NCBI RefSeq assembly: GCF_018977255.1
Contig: NW_024704750.1
Coordinates: 9,300,001-9,364,000 of the forward strand
Length of the DNA stretch: 64,000 bases
Direction of reading: 5' to 3'
Source of the DNA: Callorhinchus milii
Taxonomy: Eukaryota
This document shows, piece after piece, positions 24,318-38,139 of this stretch; the stretch's first letter is position 1; each line of letters opens with the position of its first letter. Both the position numbers and the translations under genes were made by a program. The notes beneath the pieces are model-generated. The model was not told where the DNA came from and did not search any database. It saw only the letters and a program-made list of their open reading frames with translations.

Positions 24318-25774
24318 TATTTGGAAAATTTAAAATGACTTGTGAATCTCAAGCCTTTAACGTTTTTTTTACACATCCACATCTTTACACTTTTGCTATA
24401 TATTCATAAATGTAACATAGTATACATAGTATAATGAGCATCATTAATAGCAACCTGGAAAGCAATGAAGATTGCTTGATTGCTTGTTCAACTCAGAAAC
24501 CACTTAACTGCTGCACATAGCCTTAGTTCTATGTAGTATGAGATGCCATTGCGTAACATTAAGTAACATTAAACAATTTTATCTCATGATATTGTGAAGT
24601 TTTGATTTACTTATTTTAAAGATCTATGTAAATATGATTTTGCAGCTTTGACAAATTTTAAAATTTGATAATGGGTGGCGTTCGGTATCTACAGGTTCCT
24701 ATTGCATTTTCTTCATTAAAAGATGGAATGATATACACTAATTACAATGTACAACAGTTGGATTTGAATATTTTCATAGTTAACTGTGACTACTTGTTTA
24801 GGTCTTCTGCGATTCAATAATTTCTGCCTAGATTAAATTGAATACAATATGGTGCCTCATTTCAAAAGAAAAGGCATTGCTTTGTGCCAGCCACACCACC
24901 TATTACCAAAATGAAGGTGAACAGAAATCGCTGACATTTTTGACTTGGGTCACAAATCTTTGAACACAAAACATTTAATGGACAAAGAAACCACCAGTAT
25001 CCCTGTTGAGCAGAAGGGATCCTGTGGTTTAAACCTTTGATAACTGATCTTCTGATGTGGGAAGCTTCAGAAAATCACACAAACTTGTAGTAACAACAAA
25101 TTACCTTATATAACGCCTGTCACGTCGGGAGGACTTCCCAAGGCGCTGGACAATCAGTGCTTCGGACCATGATTAAGTTTTCTAAAGGTTGACCAGTCAT
25201 AACAGCACAGCAAAGATCTGGTTTCATTCAGACACGTTGCATCTCGTACAATCGAGGAAAGAATCTGATGAGATGTATTACTTAAAACTAAATTAATTTT
25301 AAAAATACAACCAATAGGAAATGACTAAATATACTACTGTTGAATTCAAAATAAATACTACCATCATTTAATTCCGCTGCATAAAGGCAAATAAGTCAAT
25401 ACACAATTGATGAAATCAGAAGTTTTTTTTCCAAGTGATTGGTTTTGACCTACCCTCCCCTAATTTTTGAACTTCAAATTTCCAGTCAAATAATTATGAC
25501 TAAAGTAATTTAACAAGAATTTTATATGCCGATTATTAGACTGAGCTTGTTGCAAGACGTTATTTGGATATTTACGGCCTTAGTTTGCCTACCTAAAGTC
25601 GACCCCTACTCTGGAAATAAATGAACCTTTCAGCATCTTCTTGGCAGTGCAGGTATTATCTTGGATCAATACATTTTGCCACTAGGTATTAAAATGTATA
25701 TTGGAACAAATGATACCCCACACACAATTCTGGATCTTAGCCATACTGCACTATTCTGCACTGTTAGTCAAGTT

Positions 25775-26332
25775 CATAGAATTATACAGCACGGAAGGAG
25801 GCCACTCGACCCATCGTGTCTGTCCGGGCTCTTTGAAAAGAGGTATCCAATTCAATCCCACTCCCCCGCGCTCTCCCCATAGCCCTACAAGCTTATCCTC
25901 CCCAAATAATTACTCTCTTGAAAGTTGTTATCGAATCGGCTTCCACCATCCAATGCATTCCAGATCCGAACAACTTGCTGTGAAAATATTTCTCCTCACC
26001 TACCCTCTGTTTCTTTTAACAACTACTTTAAATCGGTGTCCTCGGGTTTCTGACCCACCCGCCAGTGGAAATATTTTCACCTTGTTCACCCTATCAAATC
26101 CCCTCATAATTTTGAAAACTTGTATTAAGTCTCCTCTTAACCTCTGCTCCAAGGAGAATAATCCTAGCTTCTCTAGCCTCTCCTGATAACTGAAGTCCTT
26201 CATTTCTGGAACCATCCTGGTAAATCTCCTTTGCACCCTCTCCAATGCCTTGACATCCTTCCTAAAGTGTGGGCCCCTGAACGCAGTACTCCAGCTGCGG
26301 TCTAACCAACGTTTTATAAAGGTTCATCATAA
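25775..26332 (-). mobile_element. CR1 LINE 3' fragment (ORF2 C-terminus and 3' UTR)
   Basis: ERVQRRFTRMVPEMKDFSYQERLEKLGLFSLEQRLRGDLIQVFKIMRGFD is a typical CR1 ORF2 end, followed by a 3' UTR ending GTGCTGTATAATTCTATG. Confidence 0.92.
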
Positions 26333-28132
26333 CCAAAAGTTGTATGGGATTTGATGAAAGCTTAGGAATGGGTCAGCTCTGTGTAGCAAACAAACCAAGG
26401 GTGTTTGACTCGGAATATATTTTTTATATTACTATAAGTTAATCTCAACCATAAAGTTGCATGAAGCAATTTTCATCCAATTTTCAAGGGTTGCACAATA
26501 CAGGATTTGTTTTGTTTCTCATTTAATGTGTAAGCATAACTCCACCCACAGTCATAACATTCAGACAAACAACTTAACTAATTGGGAGCACATTTTTTAG
26601 CTTGTTTATCTTAATTACTGGGTTTGGCAAGTGCTTTAAACTGATAGGAGCCATAAATATGAGTAAGAAAGTTTGACGTGCAAATTATTCATAATTGAGG
26701 AGAACCAATTATTTCTGTTCCAAGGTCATTTTCATTGAGGAAAAATCATTCCTGTGGTTAATTTAAGTGTAGAGTTTGATACAACTTTTTAAATCTAACT
26801 TTGCCAGATTAGTTTTGCAGGTTCTATCCACAGTTACTTAGTACATATTTAAAATGAGTTAATATACAAATTCAAAATGAATTAATACTATGCGTTATTG
26901 TAATGTGTACTAACTATTCATATTAGAAGTTTTAAGTGTACAACTATATTTTTTGAGTCTTGAATCTATTTACCTTACGTGTTATCAAATGCTTGGAATT
27001 TACCTCATACTGATTGACTGAGGTCACCTTCACCTAAACCACAACTGGCTGTTTAGCCACCTCAACAATTTTTTTGGAGAATTACTTAATAAAGAATTGC
27101 CTGTGCTGTGAATAAATGATTCAATCATGTCTGAAATTGTAAACTGGAAAGAAATGTGCTGCTTGTTTTGACGAGCCAGTCTTGGTCCTTGACTGTGGAA
27201 AGGTGCATGACCATACATGATCATGGGTTGTTTTTCAGACATGTACAGCAATGAAGTAGGCTGGCAGTTTCGGAATTACCTAGCTATGGTGATGCTTACC
27301 TTAACAACCTGGTGTTTTTGAAATGTCCACATTTCCAAACAGTATATTCAGGACAGAGATGTACTTTTAAATAAATTGTCCGAGTCAGTGAGGGTTTCTT
27401 TGGAGGTTTGTGGAGAGTTTTAAACATTTAACCCAGTTCTCAAAGGTGATGGGGAATATTCCTACCTATTGTGCCAGAATTCCCCCTTTTAACCTTTAAT
27501 GTATTGAAAAATATTACATTGGAGTCTATTGTTTACTGATTCCTGCCCCAAGTGAGTCCTGTAGCCTATTGGATAGAGCTAACAACTTCCTGGTAACCTA
27601 TTCAGCTGTTCATATCCCTAGGGCACTATATTGGCTTTAGGTGTAAGGAGGAAACAATCAGCCTGGAATAGGGCTAACCCTAATTCCAAATCCTGGTTGA
27701 TATCTAGAATCCCCTGACTGGAAAGTGCATGTGTGTTGTGTCCAATGAGTACTCAATCGGATTCTTTTGATATCTTGGTCACATATGAAAAATAGTCTCT
27801 TTTTATTTCTATTCCTTTTGCGAACATGCTCATTAAATCTCAATGTTCATGATTAGTAATTGTATGTAGGTGTGAGAGGTTGCAGTTTGTTTCTTATCTG
27901 TTTATCTCCAGACGGATGCAGTTTTTTTTATTTAAAATATTCGTCAGTCAAATTATACCAATAAAGACAGTGCCAACAGGGATTACTCAGACTACTCATA
28001 CTGACTGCACCCATTTAAGGTGTGTATAAGGCTGGGGAAGTGTAGACACGTCATGGTGTGGTCTCTCCTGAGGTATTTAAAGTTCAGCCTTCAGAAGTCT
28101 GCACACTTTGAAACCGGATGTTTCACAACAAT

Positions 28133-31100
28133 ATGCAGGGAATGACTACCACAATAAGGGAAGGATTCTTAATCAAAAGGGTAAGAGAAACTTATTCATT
28201 GTAAGCTTTATTCTTTTCTTTCTAAGAGCTGGGAAAATGTATTTGCACCAGTCATTGTTGAAGTGGTTCATAATAGTTTACTTGAACATAAATCAGTGAA
28301 GATTAGAAGTATTCCAAACAAGTAGCTTGTTTTAAAACACTGGAACTGCATTTCATATGTTTTCTAAATGTACAATTCATTGTGTTCTCATATTCAAAGT
28401 TCAGAACTGAGCGTTTTAATTCTGTTCCCTCCCTCATCATTTTATAAACTTTCCACACAGTTTCTTTCTACCCCTTTCCCTCCTATTATTCAACCAAAAG
28501 CAGCCAATGCATGTCTTTTATGAAATGTGTAATTTTGTTCAAGCTTCAATTTTCTGCTTTACTCAGCACAAACACACACAAACTTTCCAGTAGATTTCAC
28601 TGGTAATCCTGAATAGGAAACCTGGGTGAGTTTTTTTTTTCTCTTGTCCATGACCCTGATGCCCATACTCCAGTTGAGATTAGCAAACACATAGAATAGG
28701 AATCAAACCTGGGATTTTTCCAACTTGGATCACTCAATGGCAGATTTGACAGTGCACTGGGCCATAAATTAGAATAAATCGCTTTTTTTAAATGTAAAAA
28801 CAGGAATGCGAAATTCTCTAACATAATATTCTACTCTTGAGTGACATTTAGAATCTTCTTGCTGTTTACTATTCATTCCTTTTAAGGTTGACATTCAATT
28901 GTTTGTATTTTAGGGTCACATTGTTCAGAACTGGAAAGCAAGATGGTTTGTTTTGTTCAAAGATCAACTTCTTTACTATAAAATTGAAGAAGGAAAGAAG
29001 GAATCTCAACCCAGAGGCCAGATTCCGCTCCAAAGTTGCACTCTTATCTGTCCCTGTGTCGATTATGAAAACCGGCCGGTAAGAATTATGAGGAGTGTAT
29101 CTTTATGTAGATGCCAGCGCCTATTACATTTTTCTCTGATTTATAGTTGCTTTATTAAAGATCACTTAATTAAGGATCTTATTTAATTTGCTTGTCATCT
29201 GCTTGTGCTGATTACTTTTACTTTTAGTTTGAGGCTAATTTTAACAAAAAACAGACTGGCATCTGAGGCATTGCACATCTTATAAAAGCTGTTGTCAAAT
29301 TTCAAGTAAACCTTCCTAGCTATTAAATCATAGGAATAAGGGTAACTCTTTAAGAGTTAACTGATGTCAGGCAGGCAAGAGAAGACGTGCTATATTTTTC
29401 TTAGCATCCCTGGACTGAGGAACGGGAAATCTAGTTAGAAAAAGTCCGGCTCTGTTGTCAGATCACCTGGGATTAAATAACGACATGTATCAGTACTCAC
29501 TTGTCTATGAAACCTTCTCCCAACATTAATTAATGCCTTCACGAGAAGGGGAACACACACAAAAAGCCGCGTTAGATAATATGACATTTACTTTCCATTT
29601 ACTTTGTTTGATGGATGGCGGGGGTGGATGTAATCTAAATTTTCCTATAAGAAGCAGGTAAGCGTGTGTGGTGTATTTGTGTACCTTGCTTATTCCTTAG
29701 ATAATGCATGTTTTTTTTCTGCTGTGTTGTCCTCGGTGTTTTCAACAAACGTGGCTGTGGAATATAAATTCAAGAATTGTTCCAGACAGTGTAAAAGCTC
29801 AGCCAGCAGGGGACCCAGCGAGCTCTGCTGGGAGTTGGTAACACATATACAGTACTCAGTGTATGCATTGCCTCACTTCCAACATTGCATATTCATTCCT
29901 TTTAATATTACTGGCCTCAGAGACCAAAAGGAACATGTACCAGATATAGTGCCGTATATAAAGTAGGATTCTGATAAGGAGCAAAGGGTTTTGTGGAACA
30001 GTAAGTTTGGATGCATGAACCTGATGTTCCATCTGCCTTCTCTACACAGGATGTTAGTGTTCAGACTGACAGTACGTTGCTAAGTGATTATTGGCATTTG
30101 CAATAAGGTACCAACCTTTGAATCATGTACAAACTGTCAAAACAGAATAGGATTTGGTCAAAACAAGACAAGAACCGAAGTTGAGGACAAAGTCTGAGCA
30201 TGTGCATTTTTTTTAACAGCTGATGATTAAATTGAAGACTCAGCAATCTATTGAGTATTTCCTTCAAGCTTGTTCCCGTGAAGAACGTGATTCCTGGGCT
30301 GCTGATATTAATAAAGTGATCAAAGCTGTTAATCCAAAACAAACACAACAGCTGGGGACATCCTTTAACTCAACATCAGACATCAGTCTCAAGTATGTGT
30401 TCATGACCCTTTTCATAATGTGTTGCACTCCTCTCCACCAGAGTTTTCTCCTTTTTCATCCTTTCTCACTCTGGAGTAGGGGTTCAAGGCTGACAGAGAG
30501 CCCTCTGATATCTTACTCAATTTAAAATTCTTAATATATGAACCAAGTTGTACTGCACTCACATTGTCTTTATTAAATTAGCCATTGAGGAGAAGTGGAT
30601 ATCTTGAAATGTGCATCACTGTCAGCTGGTTTTCTCATCAAAAAGGCATTGATAACCAAATTCATTTCATATCATAATATATGGTTCAGATTACATACCC
30701 CTTCTTATCCCATCCAAATAATGCAACGTTCACCCATTTTCAGTGTACAATATATTTCTCCATTGATCCAGAACATCAAAACGAATGCTATTCGTTATTG
30801 TTGCTCTTTGTAACAATTAGTTATATTATAGTGGTTATTAATGGCTGTCTTAATGATTCTTTACCTTTTTAATCTGCAGTCACTTGATTGATGCCATGCA
30901 CGATAGTCACGGTGGGATAAAGGAAATGGCAAACACAGAATGTGGGAACACCTACAAGATGACTTTCACTGGTAAGGAAAGGAACCAGAGGAACATGTAC
31001 ATAACCAAAACGCAAATCACTGGTTCTCCATTTCCTAGGATGGTTTGCAGTTGCTTAGCCTAGTATGAATGTTGCATAAAAGTTGCCTTTTGAGTACTTA

Positions 31101-34100
31101 CTAGTGATACCTACAGGATTGTGTAACCTGACAGCTGCAGGTTCTCTTTGATCTCAATTGGTGCGAGTGAGCCAGGTGTAATTTCTTAACTCTGCCTTCA
31201 GCAGTAACCTAAATCTCCATTTCATGCTTTCATCCTGTAATTATTCTTTGTGATGTTGGTAGAGTTGCCAGGAAACCAGTTTAAATGCCCCTCCTCCTCC
31301 CATTCCCTGGTGCACTGAGATAACATTTCTGTGCAAGAAACGATCACAGTGACTAACATAAACTGATGCTTGAAAGCTGCTGAACGTGTCCAGACGAAAC
31401 AAATTAATTGTAGCTGATCACACTTGGTATGATACCTTTAATTATTTCTGTACCCCACTCCAATATTCTACGATCCTTTTAAAGGTGCTTTGAAGCCTGC
31501 GTTTTTTTTAACATCCGCTGGAGTAATAGTTTTATGTACATTGGCCACCCTCCAATATCATTCCATAGTGCCTCCTTAAAGAGACTATTATTCACCTCTG
31601 AGCTTCGTCAGAGTTGATGTACTATTTGACTGAAGAGCACTGCAGCCAAGCCCAAGCCTACCCTGGCTTGTTGTTTCCTTTCAAACACGCACATCTTCCA
31701 GAAGACGTTGTCGGAAATTCAGCTGATTAACCCCTCCCAAGCCTCTAGAGATCTACTGACTTAGCAAACACAGGGATGGCTCCTGGGGCCTTGCAGATCT
31801 GTATGGCTCGGTTACTCAATTAATACAATTTCTGAGCTATTGAGGGAACGGTGTTTAATTGTTCCAATGAATGTGAATATTTATTTTATTAAACAGTAAT
31901 TGCTTATTGCAGTCAAGCCAGAAATACTGATAACATACCATTGGAAAAAAGAACTTCTCATTTCTATTTTGTTCATTGTGAATGGAGTCAACCATTTTCC
32001 TGCTTCCCATGTGTTTATCTCTGAAGGTTCATCAGTGGTCGACTGGGTGATGTCCTGGAATTTTGCCCACTCCCGTCTGGACGCTGTCACGTTAGCTTCC
32101 ATCCTGGTCGAAGAAAATCTCATCACGCCAGTGGGTCCGAAAAGTACAAAAAGCGTGCGCAGCATGCCACTTGGAGAGCAGTTAATGGATGATTCAACAG
32201 TACTTTATTGTTTCGTAAGTACGCTGTCTGTGTTCAATTAGCTGGTGTTTACTCCTACGGTTCATTGTTTTTCAAAGATTTTAAAATGCATTATTGAAAG
32301 TAATTTATTGAACTTGTAACTGGGGGGGAAAATCTCAGGACTGTTCATTCTATTATGACCTAGTGGGATCACACTGTCATGAAATTAAAGTAATGAATCA
32401 TCACATCAGTACCATCTAGGACGTAAAATTTGTTTTTTTTTACACTGTGGTATGGGTGTGAGTGCCTTGGGTTTTGACTCCACATGTGGAGGAAGAGTCT
32501 AAAGCACAAATCTGTTCCTGTTTGCCTACTGTACCAATGCTGGATATGAACCTCCCCTTTAATGCATGTATTTTCTCCTGCAGATCGAAAACAAGAACAA
32601 AATTGACAACTCCAATGACATCATAGATATAAACCCCTTAGAGATGAGCGGCAAAATTGTGAAGCAAGGATATTTAATGAAGCAGGTACTTGATCTCCCA
32701 TTGACTTAGCAGATGATCTCAGCCATTCATTACCTTGGAAATATGAATATTCTGGAAATTAAAATTAGATTGCAGTAAAACTCCCTTCAGCTTTGGAGTT
32801 GCCTCCGGTGTTGCCAAACCTTGATTTATTGTCTCAGAAATCTGCACTCACTCAGACTGTTAATCTATGTCCCGGTCCCATTCCCCCCAAACCCCTACCT
32901 GCTGTGTTATTGCTCTGCCTGGAGCTAGTAGAGCTCATAGTTAAATTCTACTCCTCTACTGTACATGTCTAATCCATTCTGTATTTGCACTGTACTTAGG
33001 GACACACCAGAAAAAACTGGAAAGTGAGAAAATTTGTTCTGAGGGCAGAGCCTGCATACCTGCACTACTATGATCCTTGCAAAGTAAGTGATCTATAATG
33101 TATCTTTGTAACTTTCTTTGGTAAGGGATATGTCGCTTTCTCCCTCTGCAAGGGTGCCTCCACACCACCACTGCTTTTGTCATGTTGAGATTAGGTGAGG
33201 AGAGATCCAAGTCCATTTTTTTTTCATCCTAAATCACAAACAAGTGCTGCCCTTAGAGCTGGGCCAGCAACAAAGGAAGAATTATCTTTTAAAAATAACT
33301 GTAAGCAGTCACGACAGGTTCTTGAGGACACTCAGACCAATTAGGTTTTCTTATAATTATTTGGGGATGACAAGTTTGCAGGGCTATGGGAAAAGAGCAG
33401 GGGAGTGGGATTGATTTGGACAGCTCTTTTCAAAGAGCCAGCACAGACACAATGGGCTGAATGGACTCCTTCTGTGCTATATAACTCTATGATTCTATGA
33501 TCTCACCTCTGTTACTGAGGCAAGAGGCCTAGCACAGAGCTTCAATAGGTAGCACTCACCTCTTCTCAACCACTGTGTGCTCAATGAGTCTAGGTGAAGG
33601 GCGAGACAAGTAGCTTGAATGAGGAAACAATCCCTTCACTAAATCAATCTGATTTTTCCCCCCTACTCCCATGTTGTATATTTTTGTTGATCAGCCGGGT
33701 GTCTGACACACGCAGAAACCCATGTCAGCTTGGAGCCAATTCAGCTCTCAGGAGACCTCAATTAGAGCCCAAACTAATACATGAGACAACCAGAAAGCAT
33801 GCTTCTAATTAATAATAAAAAGGAACATAACTACTCAACTGTAAACTGAGCGTAAACGTAATCTTCATAAACCAGTCCAATTAGTTTAAACACATTGTAC
33901 AAAAGCTGACCGTGGTTTTCAATTCAAATTCCACAGCATACAATTCCTGAGCAGATTCTAAGAGCACATGGTAACGGAATGCCAATCAGGTTTTAAACTA
34001 GGAATGGAGGTGCGGTTGCTAGCAGTTTGATTTCTGCATGTTGTTTTTCCACATATGTGGAGTTTGAAACTTTACTGAAAAACTTCTAATCTCTAAACGG

Positions 34101-34646
34101 CTGACTTCAAATTCCTGTTTTCTGTGTGTAGGAAAAGGAAGACCATGCTGCTGGTGGGTTTGCTCTCCGAGGCTGTTTAGTTTCTGCTGTGGAAGACAAT
34201 GGAATTGCACCAGGTGAGACTGAAAGAAATGATTCCACTAATGATCCGACAAGCGGTATCCTTAAACACGTAAAGCACATTGAGTATCTGTGCAATTGAA
34301 TGTAAACCAAACATCTATCAAGTCAACTGTGCAGTCACTTGTCTGTAAATCATTTTGAAATGTGCCTGTTGCCTTCTTGGGTTTTCTAAATTCCTTGTGT
34401 GCTGTGGCTTGTGTCACAAAGCAGGGAAGAGGCGATAGTTTTGTTTTTCTTAAGCCAAGCACACTTTTTTTTAATATGAATTGCACGAACCTTCATTATT
34501 TGACTTTCAATCTTGCAGGAATAAAGGGAAAAGTTCAAGGCAATCTCTTTAAGATCATCACAATCCATGACGTCCATTATTACATCCAAACTGGCTCCCC
34601 CGCTGAAAGGTCAGCATGGATCAAGGCAATTAAACAGTTAACATAA
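28133..34646 (+). CDS. PLEK2: Pleckstrin-2 (PH-DEP-PH), complete, 9 exons, 353 aa from ATG 28133
   Basis: Exons 28133-28180, 28914-29078, 30220-30392, 30880-30971, 32027-32214, 32584-32685, 33000-33083, 34132-34213 and 34519-34646 total 1062 nt. Motifs IREGFLIKRGHIVQNWKARWF, the DEP segment GSSVVDWVMSW, and the C-terminus GIKGKVQGNLFKII...WIKAIKQLT* are PLEK2-type. In-frame ATGs also occur at 28118 and 28142. Confidence 0.96.
33371..33501 (+). mobile_element. CR1 3'-terminal fragment
   Basis: TTTGCAGGGCTATGGG...CAAAGAGCCAGCACAGAC...(ATTCTATG)n tail; same family as 25775-26332. Confidence 0.85.
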
Positions 34647-35384
34647 ACCCTCTTAAAAAAAACTGGAGATGAAAAGACTGAAGAAAACAAATGAAAGACA
34701 TTCCGAAAGTGTATCTGTGTCCTTGCAAAAGATCATTTCCAAAGCAATGATTTGCTTATAACTAACTTTGCATTTGTAGACAATGGACATATGGACATAT
34801 GGACACAACAAGGAATGTTATTAAGTCTCAAAATGCTGGCAAGTCTGCACGACTCCTGTCTGGGTTGATCTGTTGTAAACATTTTCAACTCACACGCTGT
34901 GGCCCTGACAAAATACTAATTACAGTATTAAAGCTACTCAAATATAAAGATTGATGTAATACTACAATACAAACCCTATACTACTACTATAATACACACA
35001 AACAAAATACTGTAACTCAAAATTAGAAGTATTAACCTATGCTCTACCTAGACAATTATTTTCATATTCTTACCAACTTTGACTACAAGGGTGTGGAGCA
35101 CCAAATTAGATTTTTTTAAAAATTCAATCTCTTGGTGTTTCAGCCATGTATAAACTTTTATTAGAGTCCAGGGTGGGGGGGGGGGGGTAGGGTTGGGAGG
35201 GGAGACAGCTCAACTCCCGTTGTCACCAGGAATAATGTTTCGGAAGAATCTTTCTGAACAAAAGCATAGAAAACTGTGCTTTGTTGTATATTGTATTTAT
35301 TTTCAAATTATTTATCTATTTTATTTTTCTAGATATATCAGCGCTAATTTTAAATGGTTTTGATTTTATACATCTTCTGATATG

Positions 35385-35403
35385 AATAAACATGTACAAT
35401 AAA
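35385..35403 (+). terminator. Tandem polyadenylation signals for PLEK2
   Basis: AATAAA at 35385 and 35398, followed by a GT/T-rich downstream element. Confidence 0.65.
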
Positions 35404-36165
35404 TGAAAAATCCTTTCTTGTGTTTGGTTTCTGATTCAATTGCAAAATGTTCCACCAACTTCAGAAATAACTTGTTGCTGTAATGGGAAGGCAGTTGGCT
35501 CTGTATGCTGAAAGGATGAGATTAGATAGACCAAAGTGTCAAACTTCTCTTGTGACATTACAATAACAACCACAACTTGCACTTATGTAGTAGCACCCAC
35601 CACGCAGGCTAGCATCTCAGTGCGCTTAATAGAGAAAGTGTGAGAGATATTACACCAATGTTGGTCTGGAATTATGAGTGAAATCAAAAGATTTTTTTTT
35701 AAAAGTGTCCTTAAGTAATTATTAAATAAGGTGAAGTGCAGAGCAAATTTTTTACGGCTCGTTTTGTGCTATTTCCTGTTTTCAATTGGATTACTTGTCT
35801 ATGCGTGAGGGGCGCCATGTAAATGCAAGTTGTTGTTGTTCATTATGCTGAGTCGGCTGATCCAGGTACAAGGAGGAATGCTGCAATTGGCCCCTGTTCC
35901 TTTTGATAGGGAGAGAAAAATGAGCCGGGATCAGGATTCCTGCTCTTCATTATTTTTGCAGTGCCCCCTGCTGGAATGTGTCTGTCCGTCGCCCAGGAGA
36001 CACAAGCGGTCAATGAAAACAGTGACTGTTTTCTGGGAGTCAGTTGACTGGAGGGGATATTTGCAGGTGAGCTGAATTTTTAAATATCATTTAAATTTCC
36101 AATCCAAGGTTTTTTGGATGAGGGGTAGGCTGGGCCTCAGGACGGAGTTTTTTTTAATACACAGA

Positions 36166-36721
36166 ATAATAATAATAATCCTTGCATTTGATATAGTGAT
36201 TTGTCACGTTGTAGGATGTCTCAAAGCGCTTCACAGCATATACTGTAAAGTGAATTGACGACGTATTTTGTTGTGAAATGTGGCAGCCATTTGCACACAG
36301 CAGTGCTCCACAAACAGTCGTGGATTGAATGGCCATTTTATTATTTTTTTAAGGAATTGTTACCCCCGGAAAAGCAATCGACTAAAAACCGGGTTCCTAC
36401 TTACTGCTAGGTAAACAGGCATGTGGAGTAAGGAAACTCACCCAATGTTTCGCTCTGCCGGGAATCGAATCCAGGTGTCTCGCTTGTGACTGGAACCCAT
36501 TGCCTGAAAGGGTGGTCGAGGCCGATTCGATAACTACTTTTAAAAACGCGTTGGATGGGTATTTGAGGAGCACGGGTTTGCAGGGTTATGGGGAAAGGGC
36601 TGGGGAGTGGGATTGACATTAATTGCTCTATTCAAAGAGCCAGCACAAACTCGATGGGCCGAATGGCCTCTTTTTGTGCTGTATAATTCTATGATTCTAT
36701 GAGGCGAGCGCTCTAACCACT
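36166..36721 (-). mobile_element. tRNA-derived SINE interrupted by a CR1 fragment
   Basis: SINE body at 36166-36489 and the rest of its tRNA-like head at 36703-36721 flank the CR1 piece. Confidence 0.85.
36490..36702 (+). mobile_element. CR1 3' fragment nested in the SINE head
   Basis: CTGGAACCCATTGCCTGAAAGGGTGG...TTCAAAGAGCCAGCAC...TATAATTCTATGATTCTATGA. Confidence 0.85.
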
Positions 36722-37183
36722 TTGTGTTGTGATGTGGCAGTGTGTGTGTGTGTATGAAAATTAACTTTGTCCAATTGAAAGACCTAGGCGCGAGTAAATA
36801 TACTAATTCTATGATTGAATCTACAGTGAGAACTAAATGTTGTTTTATGTTTTGACCTCCTGTTCCTTCATTTTTGATCTCCCCATAGCCCAATACCATT
36901 TGAGGCCCAAACAGTAGCTAATTTTTCTTCCTAACAGTTAACTGTTCATTCTTCTGTCAGCCCACACACTGAGTGTTTACAGATTATTTAAGCTTCTGCA
37001 AGATATCCACAAGAGGGAAGCCAAATCTGTTCATGAAAAATGTTACTGAGATTCTGGTAAGGTCTGTTGAAGCTTGTGAAAAACTCTATTGCTTACAATT
37101 GAATAAATCATGGGAATATCTTGATATTGACCCAAGTAAAGCTTTTGCCCTTTTGCTGAAATATAAATGTTGCCTAACGTATG

Positions 37184-37262
37184 GTTAATTGAATACGTAA
37201 AGCTAGCACAAACCATACTTTTCTAATGTATGGTTTGTGCTAGCTTTACGTATTCAATTAAC
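37184..37262. repeat. Perfect 35-bp inverted repeat with a 9-nt spacer
   Basis: GTTAATTGAATACGTAAAGCTAGCACAAACCATAC (37184-37218) and its exact reverse complement (37228-37262). Confidence 0.97.
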
Positions 37263-37298
37263 AAGTAATGGTAAGAATGCAGTGCAAAGTCAACAATT

Positions 37299-37466
37299 AA
37301 TAATAATAATCCTTGCATTTGATATAGCGCTTTTCACGTCGGGAGGACGTCCCAAAGCGCTTCACAAAACACACTGTAAAGTGAATTGACTGTATATCTG
37401 TGGGCGAACGCGGCAGCCAATTGCGCACAGCAATGTCCCACAAACAGTCGTAGATTGAAAATGACT
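37299..37466 (-). mobile_element. SINE 3' half, probably young
   Basis: Near-identical reverse complement of about 50370-50540, with CpGs retained. Confidence 0.88.
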
Positions 37467-37820
37467 GATTTTTTTTTGGGGGGGGGATTCCATTTTAATT
37501 GCAGCACTATTGATATAAGAGTCGGTATGCAAAAGGTGGAAGACAAGGGGCATGAGCAAAATATGAATTTGTACCATGCTTTTGTGGAGGTGACAGGTCT
37601 TTCTAACCTTCAGCAGAGATAGCATTTGTAACTTTTCCAGCTTTGGTTATCAGCAAAACTTCATGGAAAAGCAGTCAATTACATAATTAGATGCTATGCA
37701 CACTGGTGTTTACAGTTACTGATGTATCTCAATCACAGTTTATTTTTGGCATTGTTTTTTCAACACTGGAAGTATTACTTACTAACAATGTGGTGTTGTT
37801 AGTTTCATTCAGTAGGGAGT

Positions 37821-38139
37821 AATAATAATAAATAATAATCCTTGCATTTGATATAGCGCTTTTCACGTCTTCTAGACGTCCCAAAGTGCTTCACAGAACA
37901 TACTGTAAAGTGAATTGACTGTATATTTGTGGACAAACGTGGCAGCCAATTGCGCACAGCAATGTCCCACAAACAGTCGTAGATTGAAAATGACCAATTT
38001 ATTATTGTTTTGTTTTCTTGGAGGGATTATTATTAGGCGTGTGGAGTAAGGAAACTTGCCCAAGGTTTCGCCCTGCTAGGAATTGAACCCAGCTCTCGCT
38101 TGCAAAGCAAGTGCTCTAACCACTGAGCCACAGGACTCC
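37821..38139 (-). mobile_element. Full-length tRNA-derived SINE (short form) with L2-like tail
   Basis: On the minus strand the head GGAGTCCTGTGGCTCAGTGGTTAGAGCAC...GGGTTCAATTCC carries Pol III A and B boxes. The tail reads GTGAAAAGCGCTATATCAAATGCAAGG(ATT)n. Confidence 0.9.

Noticed and set aside
38065-38139. tRNA-like sequence (also at 47225-47300)
   Set aside because: It is the head of a SINE, continuous with the SINE body and tail, and lacks a proper acceptor stem
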